Shown here in pieces: positions 38,771 to 48,801 of a stretch of 64,000 bases of DNA (positions within the stretch are counted from its first letter, which is position 1; every line of letters starts with the position of its first letter). The DNA lies in contig CAWGZR010000006.1 in the NCBI GenBank assembly GCA_963827165.1, forward strand, positions 64,001 to 128,000. The letters are read 5' to 3'. A program made the translations under genes and the position numbers. The notes beneath the pieces were generated by a model. It saw only the letters and a program-made list of their open reading frames with translations, did no database searches and was not told where the DNA came from. Source of the stretch: Candidatus Bathyarchaeota archaeon (GTDB lineage: Archaea > Thermoproteota > Bathyarchaeia > Bathyarchaeales > Bathycorpusculaceae).

Positions 38771-38978
38771 TCCCTTTTTCTCCGTTCTTGCGAGGGGCAC
38801 TTATTAGCAAGCAGTTTTATTGCTCTTTCCTTTTTTTTAAAGATACATTTTTTCAACTTCGGGCGATATTTTTCGTCTTAATTTAGGAATTATCGAATCC
38901 AAACGAAATTTGAGGACTATCTAACTTATATGTAAAAATAAGTTAACATTAGCTAACTAGGCAGGAAAGATGTAGCAA

Positions 38979-40169
38979 ATGGGAAAGTTTCGGTTAGCCG
39001 TCATAAACACTCAGCCGCCGCAGCTCTACTTCGGAGGGGTGGAAAGGCGAATAATCGAAACCACAACACGATTGACAAACGAAGCGGACATCAATGTTTA
39101 CAGCGGGACCAAAGCAGGCTTCAAAGAACCCATCAAAATCGACGGAGTAAACTTTGTCCCCTCCCATTCAACAGACAGGCTTTTCCCTCTTGACAACTGG
39201 TCTTTCAACCGAAGCCTATCCAAGAAAGCTGGCACAATAAACACCGACATTTACGAGGCACACGCGGTAAGCGGCTACGGACTTTTAAGAACGCTGAGGC
39301 GGCAAGACATCAAGACGCCGTTTATCCACACGATTCATGGAGTTCTAGCTGACGAGTACGAGCAGGCACGCAACGCGGGTTCCCAATCACTTAGGGCGCG
39401 GGCAGCCAACTATTTCATGCATCATCTCTCCAAACTGGAGATTGAAACAGCAAAAAATGCGAATCTAATTGTCACAATAAGCAACTACTCGCTGGGAAAA
39501 ATAAAAGAGCATTACGGAATTGATGCGTCAAAGATTCGAATTGTACCAAACGGAGTTGACCCCGACAAGTTCAAACCTTCTACGGATGTCGCGGAGGCCA
39601 AGCGACAGTTCGGGTTAAGGGATGAACCCTGCGTGCTCTTCGTCGGCAGCTTGATTCCACGCAAAGGACTAGCTTTCTTGGTTGCAGCAGCCGGGAAAAT
39701 CGTTAAGACCTTACCAAAAACCAAGTTTGTGATTGTCGGTGAGGGGCCACTTAAGAACCGGCTGCGTGGCAAGGTGGAGTCTGCCAACCTTTCGGGCAAC
39801 TTCAAGTTCATGGGCAACCTCACCGGAGACAGACTTGCCACCGCCTACGGCTGCAGTGACATTTTTGTTTTACCATCTACGCAAGAGGGCCAAGGCATAG
39901 TGCTCCTTGAAGCCGAAGCATCAGCTAAACCTGTAGTGGCCTTCAACATAGGCGGAGTCAACGAAGCCGTACGCAATGGAGAAACAGGTTTGCTTGTCCA
40001 GCGCGGCGACACAGATGAATTGGCTAATGCGGTTGTCAGGCTTTTATCGGATAGGGACTTGCGAGAAAAGATTGGGACGGAGGCTAGGAAATTTGTTTCT
40101 GAAAACTTCACGTGGAACCTGTGCGCACAGAAGATGCTTAAGGTTTATCATGAAGCGTTGGAAATGTGA
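38979..40169 (+). CDS. GT4 family glycosyltransferase
   Basis: GGVE, TIHG, VPNGVD, VGSLIPRKG, EGQGIVLLEAEASAKPVV. Confidence 0.93.
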   Translation: MGKFRLAVINTQPPQLYFGGVERRIIETTTRLTNEADINVYSGTKAGFKEPIKIDGVNFVPSHSTDRLFPLDNWSFNRSLSKKAGTINTDIYEAHAVSGYGLLRTLRRQDIKTPFIHTIHGVLADEYEQARNAGSQSLRARAANYFMHHLSKLEIETAKNANLIVTISNYSLGKIKEHYGIDASKIRIVPNGVDPDKFKPSTDVAEAKRQFGLRDEPCVLFVGSLIPRKGLAFLVAAAGKIVKTLPKTKFVIVGEGPLKNRLRGKVESANLSGNFKFMGNLTGDRLATAYGCSDIFVLPSTQEGQGIVLLEAEASAKPVVAFNIGGVNEAVRNGETGLLVQRGDTDELANAVVRLLSDRDLREKIGTEARKFVSENFTWNLCAQKMLKVYHEALEM

Positions 40170-40720
40170 ACGTCAACGGATTTGCATAACCGTGCAAATT
40201 CGGCGTCGCTCATCCACTCAGTACGCAGATAACAGCAAATCCTTTCTTCACTGAGACCCAATCGCCTGGCTTCCTTAACCGCATAACGGTAAGCCTCAAT
40301 CTCCGTGGGTCTGTCAACGTAGTCATATCGAGGATCAAAAAGTTCCAGCCCATTCATGTACTGTTTCACGTGACAGAGTTCATGGATCAGATCTAGGTAA
40401 ATGTCTGTTCTGTTGCCGTTGTTCAAGTAACTTTTGCTAATGACAAGGTGACCGTCACTGCCGTCCACATACATGTAACCCATTATCCAACTGAGCTCCA
40501 CGATAAGGTTGCTTAGGATTTCATCGGTTTTTTCGCCGAAGATGCCTTTAACTGCTCCATTTTTTCCGAAACCTTTGAAGTACTCCGCAAAGATGACTTT
40601 TTGATTTGGCAGGCTAAGCGGGTTAAACGGGAGTTTTCGAAACAAACGCAGAATCCTAAAAACCGCGTATTCAACGGCTGTCAAAACATATACCGCTCCT
40701 ACTTGAAAGCTGCCAGACAC
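40148..40720 (-). CDS. HExxH (zincin-like) protein
   Basis: LIHELCHVKQ followed by PTEIEAY. Confidence 0.7.
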   Translation of the reverse strand: MSGSFQVGAVYVLTAVEYAVFRILRLFRKLPFNPLSLPNQKVIFAEYFKGFGKNGAVKGIFGEKTDEILSNLIVELSWIMGYMYVDGSDGHLVISKSYLNNGNRTDIYLDLIHELCHVKQYMNGLELFDPRYDYVDRPTEIEAYRYAVKEARRLGLSEERICCYLRTEWMSDAEFARLCKSVDVHISNAS

Positions 40721-42066
40721 TCAAGCTTCATTCCGCGACGCACGAGGTCTGGAAGGTCTTCGATGCTGCCGATGCTAGCGTCGATGTTGCGGTGAATTGG
40801 GTGGCTCCACATGCCTTCGGGAGCAAGGTTAAACTGCAAGGGCACTTCGACGTTTATGCCGTATTTTGTGCCGAAATCCTTGATTAGCTGACCTTCTTTG
40901 CAGGAATGTCGGGCAGAAGTATAACTGTGCAGAAGCCCAGACGAACCAAACGCGCCGACGCCGTGCCACATCGCAGCGTTTTCAGGCGACCCGATCGAAT
41001 ACAGGAAAAACTGGGGGGAAGAAGGAGTTTCCTCGAAGCTGTAATCTGAAAGTTTTTCTCCTGAAACTGTGAAGCTGTCGTCGCAGTAAGCCACCGCAAC
41101 ATCCGCCTCGTCCATCGCGTTTGGGTAAAGCTTGGTGGTTTTGTATTTCACAGCAACGTCGAGAAGTTTTTTGTTGTCGAAATGGATTTTGCCGCGGGCT
41201 GCCCGTTTGGAGCCGTACCCTTTTTTTGAATGAGGCACGGTGAGCAGTGTGGTGCGATTCGCCATGCTTCTGCCCATGCATTTGTATGCTTCGTTGACTG
41301 CGTCGTAGTCTCGGTGGCTCTCGGCGATGATGTAGTGGAGTGAGCCGTCTTTGCCTTCCGACTTCAAAGTTGAAAGAGGCATCCTAAGCGAATACAATGA
41401 TAAGTTCATGCCGAAAAACTTGGATAATGGCTCAAGTTGCTTATACTTAACTGAATCAACAAAATCCAGGTATGATCCATTAGATGCCTTAAGGCAACTG
41501 GAAATAAGCTCCGTTTCACCCTTCGAAATCAAGCTGCCATCATACTTTTTTGCATAGGCTTCATCAATCTTGAGGCTGTCAGTTTTAATGAATGCTGCTG
41601 GAAAGGCGCTTTGACCGCTGTCAACGATGGATTGCTTAAGCGGGTTCATTGAGTAACGGTCAGCTTCGACATCGTCAGTGTTCAGCAAAAAAGGAACGAT
41701 GCAGCCTTGAGGCGTCTTCTTTAGGAGCTCGCAAAGCTGGACAACGTCGCCGCCGTCGGGTTCTCGCAGCCCAACCTTGTTAAAGTAGTTTGCCGTCGCT
41801 TCGAGAAGTCTTGTGCCGATGAGCCCTTGGACTTCCTCAACAGTCAAGTGAGGATTTGTGTATTCAACCGAACTTCTCAAAAAGAAGTTGTTGCCAGTGA
41901 ATTGCTCGCTGACTTTTTTACCGTCAACATAGCGGAATAGAGTTACCTGCCTGCCATGTGTTTCCAGTTTGAAAGTGGATAGCTTTTTGACTAGCGCTTT
42001 CACTGGTGACATGGAGCTCCTAAGAAAATCCTGAACTAAAGCTTTACAATTATCTTCCGACATCAA
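40699..42066 (-). CDS. Hypothetical protein (455 aa, unknown family)
   Basis: Long ORF tightly packed between the GNAT and HExxH genes; no family recognised. Confidence 0.8.
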   Translation of the reverse strand: MMSEDNCKALVQDFLRSSMSPVKALVKKLSTFKLETHGRQVTLFRYVDGKKVSEQFTGNNFFLRSSVEYTNPHLTVEEVQGLIGTRLLEATANYFNKVGLREPDGGDVVQLCELLKKTPQGCIVPFLLNTDDVEADRYSMNPLKQSIVDSGQSAFPAAFIKTDSLKIDEAYAKKYDGSLISKGETELISSCLKASNGSYLDFVDSVKYKQLEPLSKFFGMNLSLYSLRMPLSTLKSEGKDGSLHYIIAESHRDYDAVNEAYKCMGRSMANRTTLLTVPHSKKGYGSKRAARGKIHFDNKKLLDVAVKYKTTKLYPNAMDEADVAVAYCDDSFTVSGEKLSDYSFEETPSSPQFFLYSIGSPENAAMWHGVGAFGSSGLLHSYTSARHSCKEGQLIKDFGTKYGINVEVPLQFNLAPEGMWSHPIHRNIDASIGSIEDLPDLVRRGMKLECLAAFK

Positions 42067-42068
42067 AT

Positions 42069-42908
42069 TTATCCTCGTTCTAAAGATTCAGCCAAATATA
42101 TACAATTTTTCGCAACCGCTTCACCTAAAAACATCCTAGACACAGAAAAATCTTCCTTAAAGCCGGCGCCAAAAAGCATGTCGGCGACAGCTGCCTCCTT
42201 CTTCGGAAGTACCGTGTAGACGCTTTTGCCACCTAAATTGGACAAAACCGCCCTAAGAAGAGATTTTGCAACGTCGACTTCGCTACATCGACATATGAGC
42301 GGTCCAACCCAAGCCGCTTTCCCAATAACCGTCGCCGCAACGTACCCGTCAACCATGTCACCCTGAGACTTGAAGTAGCTCAAGTTGCCCTCTTCAAGGA
42401 GGATTGATTCAAGAAGCTTGCGCCTGTCGCCCCCGAAGTATTGGCTATCAAATTTCTCGATTGCACCCATCTGCTCCTTTCCCACAGTTGGCAAGTCTTC
42501 TGAACCAAATCTATCAAGAGCGTGCGCATGCAAAACCCAGAAATCCTCATCAACCTTAAAACCTAATTTGGCATAGAAACTATGAAGGCTCGACTCAGCA
42601 TAAAGCCCGATTGTTTGGGCACCTTTGGCTTGAAGGTAAGCTATCGAATGTTTTGTAAGAATTCGTCCGGCACCCTTTTTTCGGTATTTCTCCTTAACTA
42701 TCAGATTGCCAAACCAGCCTACCTCGCCAAAACTGATGCTTGTAGCAATGCCGACTCGTTCCGCGCCGTAAAACGCGACAAAGCAGCCTTCTGGTTCAAG
42801 GCGGTTCATGAACTGGAAGTCTTCTTCCGCCATGTTCCAATTCATGGTGTTCGCGAGTTTTGTCGCAAACCCAAAATCGCCTCGACTCATAAGCTTGATC
42901 GTAAGCAT
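42069..42908 (-). CDS. GNAT family N-acetyltransferase (two-domain, YitH-like)
   Basis: LIVKEKYRKKGAG, FYAKLGF, FGGDRRKLL, WVGPL. Confidence 0.88.
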   Translation of the reverse strand: MLTIKLMSRGDFGFATKLANTMNWNMAEEDFQFMNRLEPEGCFVAFYGAERVGIATSISFGEVGWFGNLIVKEKYRKKGAGRILTKHSIAYLQAKGAQTIGLYAESSLHSFYAKLGFKVDEDFWVLHAHALDRFGSEDLPTVGKEQMGAIEKFDSQYFGGDRRKLLESILLEEGNLSYFKSQGDMVDGYVAATVIGKAAWVGPLICRCSEVDVAKSLLRAVLSNLGGKSVYTVLPKKEAAVADMLFGAGFKEDFSVSRMFLGEAVAKNCIYLAESLERG

Positions 42909-42975
42909 AAAAAATACACAGCGTCCTCAGAGAAATAAGGGTTGGCAAACTCGACATAGAAGCTTTAGCCAAGTG

Positions 42976-43518
42976 TTAAGTCGAATGGTTTTTCTTGTTC
43001 TTTACAAAAGTGTAGGTGTGCTTTTGTCTTCTTAGCAATTTGAATAGTTCTCCGTCAGTCACTGATAAGAGGATGCCTTGCTCCTTTAGGTGGTGGTCGC
43101 TAAAAGATATAATGCCGTCCTTCTTTAGCACCCTGTGAATTTCCTCTAGAACCGCTTTTTGATCCTCCAAATCGTGGAAGACATCGTACAGCAGCGCCGC
43201 ATCTACGCTTTCATTGGGTAATCCTGTTGCGCAGTCGGATTGGATTGTTTCCACGTTTTTCAAACCGTTCTTGGAAACTATGTCTTTGACCATTTTTATG
43301 GCGAGCGGAGTGACGTCCAAAGCGTACAGTTTGCCTGTCTCGCCGATCATTTTGGATGCGGGAAGAACGTAGCCTCCTGGTCCACAGCCATAGTCGAGCA
43401 CATATGAACCCTGCTTTAACTCGACTTCTTTCAATATGTCCGCTCGTGGGTGACGGGAATCTCGAATTTTAAATTCTAAAGCCATTAGCCTAAACCAAAT
43501 GTTTGACAATCTAATCAA
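42976..43518 (-). CDS. Class I SAM-dependent methyltransferase
   Basis: VLDYGCGPG, YALD, HRVLKKDG. Confidence 0.9.
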   Translation of the reverse strand: MIRLSNIWFRLMALEFKIRDSRHPRADILKEVELKQGSYVLDYGCGPGGYVLPASKMIGETGKLYALDVTPLAIKMVKDIVSKNGLKNVETIQSDCATGLPNESVDAALLYDVFHDLEDQKAVLEEIHRVLKKDGIISFSDHHLKEQGILLSVTDGELFKLLRRQKHTYTFVKNKKNHST

Positions 43519-43775
43519 CGACTCCTCACTGTTACTGCTTGTTTTAGGGCGCCTGTGATTTCATTTTTAAGGTCCTCGTAGGATGCGCTCAGATGCTTTG
43601 CGTTCTCTTTTGACATGCCTTGCGCGACAAGTTGTTTTTCAAAGGCGCCTCTTGTCTTACGAACGCGGTACCCCAGCGTCAAATACATCCACATCAAACT
43701 CAGCGACAAACGCGCGATGTAAGGCGTTGACTTAACTGCCGCCGTGACCATTGTTTTAGTTTCACTCATACCCAT
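43515..43775 (-). CDS. Small helical hypothetical protein
   Basis: FEKQLVAQGMSKENAKHL; 4-nt overlap with the methyltransferase gene. Confidence 0.7.
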   Translation of the reverse strand: MGMSETKTMVTAAVKSTPYIARLSLSLMWMYLTLGYRVRKTRGAFEKQLVAQGMSKENAKHLSASYEDLKNEITGALKQAVTVRSR

Positions 43776-43799
43776 CCCTCAAAGAGAAAAAGAATGAAG

Positions 43800-44120
43800 C
43801 TACTCGTCTTTCGCTCCCTTTTCTGAATGCCAATGACCGAATCTGCCGCCGCCTGCGTTTCTGAAAAGCTGGCCTATGTTGGTGAAGGTTTGCATGTATT
43901 CCTGTGTCAGCTTGACTGCGACTTCGTCCGGGAGTCCACCTGTTTTGAGTTCTTTGTAATATGCAGCTGCTGCTTTGCCCATGTTTCTTCCAGCTTCTTC
44001 TGAGAAAACACTGCTCATTATGCTTTTGATCATTGTCGGTATTTCAGTTGAAACGACGCTGAGTAGCTCCTTAACATTTTCTGGATCCATTTTTTTGTCT
44101 TTTCTTTCTTCGCGGGACAT
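43800..44120 (-). CDS. Small helical hypothetical protein
   Basis: YYKELKTGGLPDEVAVKLT; ATG 44120 preferred. Confidence 0.72.
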   Translation of the reverse strand: MSREERKDKKMDPENVKELLSVVSTEIPTMIKSIMSSVFSEEAGRNMGKAAAAYYKELKTGGLPDEVAVKLTQEYMQTFTNIGQLFRNAGGGRFGHWHSEKGAKDE

Positions 44121-44195
44121 ATTTTTCAGCTCTAAAACATTAATGGAGTGGTCACTAAACTTAGGTGTTCTGCGCAAAAGTGACCAATCAGGTGA

Positions 44196-44654
44196 TCAGC
44201 TCTTTTCCGCCAAGTCGTAGGTAGGAGGGGTCTCCGCGTTCTTTACGAGAACTCCTTGATTTTGAAGCTTAATGACTCTTTCCCGCACAATGCGTCTGCT
44301 TGCCTTGCCCCGCATCGACGTGACTTGCCGTGTAATCGCTGAGATGTTTAGGGCTCCTTTTACTGCTAAAGCCTGGATTATACATCTTGAGATTTCATCT
44401 TGCGCGATTAAGTTTTGTTTGAGATAAGCTTGGGCGCTTTGAAGGCGGGCAGCGATCTTCAGAGGTTCACCATACATGCCGATGCCTACCCTAGTAAGCT
44501 GCAATGCAGCGGTGAATCCTTCAAACTCAGGTTTCTCAACAATAAGCTCCTCAAGCAAGTCAAGACGCCGCAGAATTTGATCTAGTTTTTTTCCCAGTTC
44601 CTCGACATTGCTTTTAGAGTATTTCTTGTTGCTGCTCAAGTAAGCCCTGCTCAA
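44196..44654 (-). CDS. Coiled-coil plus C-terminal winged-helix regulator
   Basis: IIQALAVKGALNISAITRQV...SRRIVRERVIKLQNQGVL. Confidence 0.72.
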   Translation of the reverse strand: MSRAYLSSNKKYSKSNVEELGKKLDQILRRLDLLEELIVEKPEFEGFTAALQLTRVGIGMYGEPLKIAARLQSAQAYLKQNLIAQDEISRCIIQALAVKGALNISAITRQVTSMRGKASRRIVRERVIKLQNQGVLVKNAETPPTYDLAEKS

Positions 44655-44832
44655 TTAATCGAAAATGGGCTAGCTGAGTATTTAAGTTTCATTGACTGAA
44701 CGTCGCTTGAAAAGGTCTAATTTACTGACAAATACTTTTATTTTGCTGCGTCTGCATAGCTTTACTGCACATTTTTCGAGCTAGCAACGCAGCAGTTAGC
44801 AAGGGGCTAGTCGATTTTGATCGGGGGATTAT

Positions 44833-45609
44833 GTGGCAAAAAAGAAAAGATTTCCGAATCAAGCAGTTATTCTAGCTCTAATTTGGATTATGCTGTTAGT
44901 GTTGTCCCTTTCTTTTCTGTCGGCTCTGGCATCACTTTTTCAAGGTAACCCGCAAGGCGAAACCCTCTCTAGCGAAAGCTGGGCGGGATACGTAATTGGG
45001 AGAAACGCCAACCCAGACATTTCAGTCACCGGGATGAACGCTTCCTGGACTGTTCCCCGAGTTGCCACTTCGATCAGCGATGAGCACACGTCTGTGTGGA
45101 TCGGGGTTGGGGGTCAATTGGATGATACGTTGATTCAGGAGGGAACCGAGCAAGACGCGAGTGGAGGGCAAGAAACCTATTATGCATGGTACGAGTTGCT
45201 CCCTAATTACGCTGTGAAAATCAACACGATAGCGATTGATCCAGGCGACATCGTTGTTGCATCTTTACGCCTCGTCGATCCATCCACAAACCGGTGGAAC
45301 CTGCAGTTAAGCGATTCAACAACTGGGCAATACTTTGGCACAACAGTCTACTACAACTCCACAGGCTCTTCTGGCGAGTGGATAGTTGAACGACCCACAG
45401 TAAGTGACAAGATAAGCACACTGGCAAATTTCGGAAGCGTCACTTTCACCAGCTGCCACCTATCGACGGCAGCCAAGTCGGGTTCAGCAAAAGCGTTCTA
45501 TTTCTCAAGACTAGATATGACCAACAGCGCCAATGCACAGTTAACAACGGTTTCTAATCTTTCAGTAAGCGGAACAGAATTCACCGTAGATTACATTCCA
45601 CAAAAATAG
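44833..45609 (+). CDS. G1 family glutamic peptidase, N-terminally anchored or secreted
   Basis: SESWAGY, SVWIGVGG, LIQEGT (catalytic Q), WYE, EWIVERP (catalytic E), FGSVTF. Confidence 0.88.
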   Translation: MAKKKRFPNQAVILALIWIMLLVLSLSFLSALASLFQGNPQGETLSSESWAGYVIGRNANPDISVTGMNASWTVPRVATSISDEHTSVWIGVGGQLDDTLIQEGTEQDASGGQETYYAWYELLPNYAVKINTIAIDPGDIVVASLRLVDPSTNRWNLQLSDSTTGQYFGTTVYYNSTGSSGEWIVERPTVSDKISTLANFGSVTFTSCHLSTAAKSGSAKAFYFSRLDMTNSANAQLTTVSNLSVSGTEFTVDYIPQK

Positions 45610-45615
45610 GTGGGA

Positions 45616-46149
45616 TTATTTGCCTGCTGAGAGGGCGGCGGAAAGAGCCTCGGCACTTTTCTGAATTTCTTTTGTCACGCTGGAAAGCAGCTTGATGCGG
45701 TTTTCAAGTTTGCGTTTTTGCATGCTTGCTAATCCTTTGAATTTGGGCATGGCGTCTTCAATAACGGCGGTCAGAATTTCACGGTTTTTTTCTTCGCGCA
45801 GGTCTTTTAGTTCTACGTGATCGTCTTCGTACCGTAGAATTAGGTGCCCCGTCTGATCCAGATGAGCTTGGACAACGTCGCCTAATTGAGAGGGAAGTGC
45901 TAATTGATCAACGACTATTGTGGGAGATAGTGGCTGCATCAATTTAAGGAGAGAAGAGAAAAACTGAGAAACCAAAATTTTTTCTTCCGAACTCAACTCG
46001 CTTATTTGTCCAATGTCATCCGCCGTGCTTTTAAGGGATTCAACGAGTTCCTGAATTGAGACTTGTCGCTTTCTTTCTGGCTGCTTAGTTGGTTGCAAAG
46101 TGTAGAGTGCCGATGGCTCTTCTTTAATTACAGCTGCTTCTTGGGTCAA
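45616..46149 (-). CDS. Hypothetical coiled-coil protein
   Basis: Helical ends around a small beta insert (AHLDQTGHLILRYED). Confidence 0.7.
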   Translation of the reverse strand: MTQEAAVIKEEPSALYTLQPTKQPERKRQVSIQELVESLKSTADDIGQISELSSEEKILVSQFFSSLLKLMQPLSPTIVVDQLALPSQLGDVVQAHLDQTGHLILRYEDDHVELKDLREEKNREILTAVIEDAMPKFKGLASMQKRKLENRIKLLSSVTKEIQKSAEALSAALSAGK

Positions 46150-46572
46150 GGTTCATCAAAAGGTAGATGCAACATTTAGAGACAAAAGCGCTTGTACGTC
46201 AAAAAAAATATGCACACAATGTCTCTCAGATTGCTTTCCTAATTGGCGCCTCTGGAAGCGGCTAATAAGCACTTGGGTAGAAATTGACTTTCCCTCTGAA
46301 AAAGCAACCCGAAATAACCCCTTAAGCAGAATCCATCTGCCCTGCAAGGATACAAACATATCTAGAGTAAAATTCCAACACAAAAAACAAAACCAAGCCA
46401 TCCACCAGCCGCTTACTCCCCAGGGGTACCCCATCCTACAGTCCAAAACCAACACGAATATGGATTCTTCTAACCTCGCATGCGCCTTCTGTTTCTCCCT
46501 TGCGCGTAGCTTTTGGCAGCGTAATAAGCATTAATTTATAAATTGATAAACCCATTAGAAAAGAGAACCGAA

Positions 46573-48102
46573 ATGACATTGACAGGAAATAAGTCTCCAG
46601 ACGCGCCAGTTGCCGAACATCAGCCCGAACAAGCTAAAGAGCTTCAGAAAGAAAAAACCAAGACTAAAGCGAAAGGGCTACAAGTAGGAAAATACGAGGT
46701 TTCCGACGGCAAATTGAGATTCTTCAAAGCAAAGGGATTCGGCAAGAAGAAATGGGTCCTTGTACGCGAAATCCCCGTACTCGCGATTGAGCATGTTGAA
46801 AGTGACGGTAACGAACTCGGCTTGACCGTGAACGGGACCGCAGAATGGTTCTCCTCCAAAGATGAGACAGGCATATTCAACAACCTCACACAGCAACTTA
46901 ACGCCCAACCCGTTGAAGACACATCGCCACAACTGGAGGCATTCCATTCACAACAGGAAACCCCTAAGTCCGACCAACCTCAGCAAGAAAAAGCCCAAAC
47001 GCAAATAGAACCACCACAATTGCACGCGGAAACGCAACAACTTGTCCAGGAAACCCCGTCTCAACCGCGACCTGGTCAGGTTCAGCAAGAATGCCCGCCA
47101 GTGCAGGAGCCTACGCATCAACTTGATCTCCAAGCGCAAGAGCAAACACGAAAGAAAAACAAGGAGCTTATGGGAAAGATGGAAAGCCCTATGGTCGTAA
47201 AATACGAGGTTTCTGAGGGCAGAATCAGGCTTTTGGCAGCTAGCGGATTCTTCAAGAAAAAATGGGTTTTGATCCGCGAGATACCCGTACTTGAGGTCGA
47301 AAAAATCGAAGCTGAGGAAAACAAATTAACAGTAACATGGAGAGGAACATCTGAATCCTTCAATACAAAAGAAAAGACCGTTTCCTTCAAAGCTTTAGTT
47401 GATCAAGTAAACGGAACACTTGAGGAGCAACGAAAAAGTAAGGAGTCCGCAGAAACCAACGAGAAAGACGCCATGAGAAAAAATGAGTTGCTTGCGGTAA
47501 TCAACAAGTCTGTCGACATCGTTAACCAAGCATTCAATTTACTCGTTGACTTGCAAGACAAAAGGATAAACTGGGAGCAAATCGAAGCCTATGCAGCCGG
47601 AGTCGGAGATAACTTGAACTTCAAAGGGCAAACGCTGCCTCCGTTGAGCGTGGATTACACGAAAATCGGTTCAGCCGCGAAGATGCAGATACCGCGTGAC
47701 GCGTCGAAGGAGGCATTCGATGTTTTGAAGGGTACATATGAGTATTTTGACCTCTTAAAACCTGAAGAAGACAATAAACAAGACCCGTTGAATTTCCAAA
47801 CGGCCCAAACCCTGATTTCAGCATACTTTATGATAAACGACCTATTGCTAGGCAGGTTCGTAGGGGACAAAAACAACGCGAGAGAAATAAGCGAGCTCGA
47901 AGCTGCGCTGAAAAGTCTGGCGGGGGTTGGCTTCAAAGTTGATATTGAGGCGCTTAGAGGTAGCATTGGCGTAGAAGGCGAGAAGCAAACAGTAATAGAG
48001 GATTGCCGCGCTATTTTTAAAGAGCAGTTGAAACATCTTCCAGACCTTTCCTACGAAACGGAAAACAAGTCGGTTCTGCCTTCAGAAGATTTGGAGGCTT
48101 AG
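46573..48102 (+). CDS. Hypothetical protein with two PH-like repeats, Q/P-rich linker and helical C-domain
   Basis: KYEVSDGKLRFF..GFGKKKWVLVREIPV versus KYEVSEGRIRLL..GFFKKKWVLIREIPV. Confidence 0.8.
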   Translation: MTLTGNKSPDAPVAEHQPEQAKELQKEKTKTKAKGLQVGKYEVSDGKLRFFKAKGFGKKKWVLVREIPVLAIEHVESDGNELGLTVNGTAEWFSSKDETGIFNNLTQQLNAQPVEDTSPQLEAFHSQQETPKSDQPQQEKAQTQIEPPQLHAETQQLVQETPSQPRPGQVQQECPPVQEPTHQLDLQAQEQTRKKNKELMGKMESPMVVKYEVSEGRIRLLAASGFFKKKWVLIREIPVLEVEKIEAEENKLTVTWRGTSESFNTKEKTVSFKALVDQVNGTLEEQRKSKESAETNEKDAMRKNELLAVINKSVDIVNQAFNLLVDLQDKRINWEQIEAYAAGVGDNLNFKGQTLPPLSVDYTKIGSAAKMQIPRDASKEAFDVLKGTYEYFDLLKPEEDNKQDPLNFQTAQTLISAYFMINDLLLGRFVGDKNNAREISELEAALKSLAGVGFKVDIEALRGSIGVEGEKQTVIEDCRAIFKEQLKHLPDLSYETENKSVLPSEDLEA

Positions 48103-48243
48103 GTGTAGTAAACATTCAGATATCAGAAAAGATAATTGTCAATAAGTATAAGTGAGACTCCACTGGGATATTATTTGAAGATTCGCTAGCTTTATCTATA
48201 AAGCGCCTCAATAATGAGTCCAGACAAGTGGGGGATAATTAGA

Positions 48244-48801
48244 TTGGCGAAGAATCCACAATCAAAAGACGATTCATTAGAGGCCTTAGACTTCATCGTT
48301 AACGTTCTCAAAGAACATGAAAAAGACCTGGACAAACTCATCAATGAATTGGCAACTGTCACCGAGCAGCTAGGAGATACAGGCGACATCGGCGGCAAAG
48401 TTGAAAAAGTTGAGGAAAAAATCTCCAGCTTACAGAAAGAAGTCACGAACCTAATGAGTTACATTTCAGGAGTCGGACCCAAGGAACCATTGCCGACGGG
48501 GGCGAAAGAAATGCAGGAAGCTATGCCTACTGCTTCTCCAGTGCAGGCGGGAGGTCCTTCAGTGATTTTAAGGTGCAAGCAATGGGAAGACTTCCAAAAC
48601 TTAGCGTCTCAAGCTCAAACCTTATCTTTCAATTATAAAGAAGAAGACAAGGTTTTCCAGGCTGACGCACTTAAAGGAAACAGGATAATTACCTACAGCG
48701 GCGCATTGCCAAAATTCTCTCAAATCGTAAAAGCATGGCTCTCAAAGGAACTCAGTGTCCCAGACAAAAGCATCCTTGAAGGCGTCTTAACTATAAGCTA
48801 A
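48244..48801 (+). CDS. Conserved hypothetical coiled-coil protein
   Basis: TTG after GGGGG; SLEALDFIVNVLKEHEKDLD; paralog at 31142..31711. Confidence 0.82.
   Translation: MAKNPQSKDDSLEALDFIVNVLKEHEKDLDKLINELATVTEQLGDTGDIGGKVEKVEEKISSLQKEVTNLMSYISGVGPKEPLPTGAKEMQEAMPTASPVQAGGPSVILRCKQWEDFQNLASQAQTLSFNYKEEDKVFQADALKGNRIITYSGALPKFSQIVKAWLSKELSVPDKSILEGVLTIS

Noticed and set aside
46418-46432. Palindrome GGGGTACCCC in the divergent intergenic region
   Set aside because: A single 10-bp palindrome is expected by chance, and I saw no second intergenic copy.
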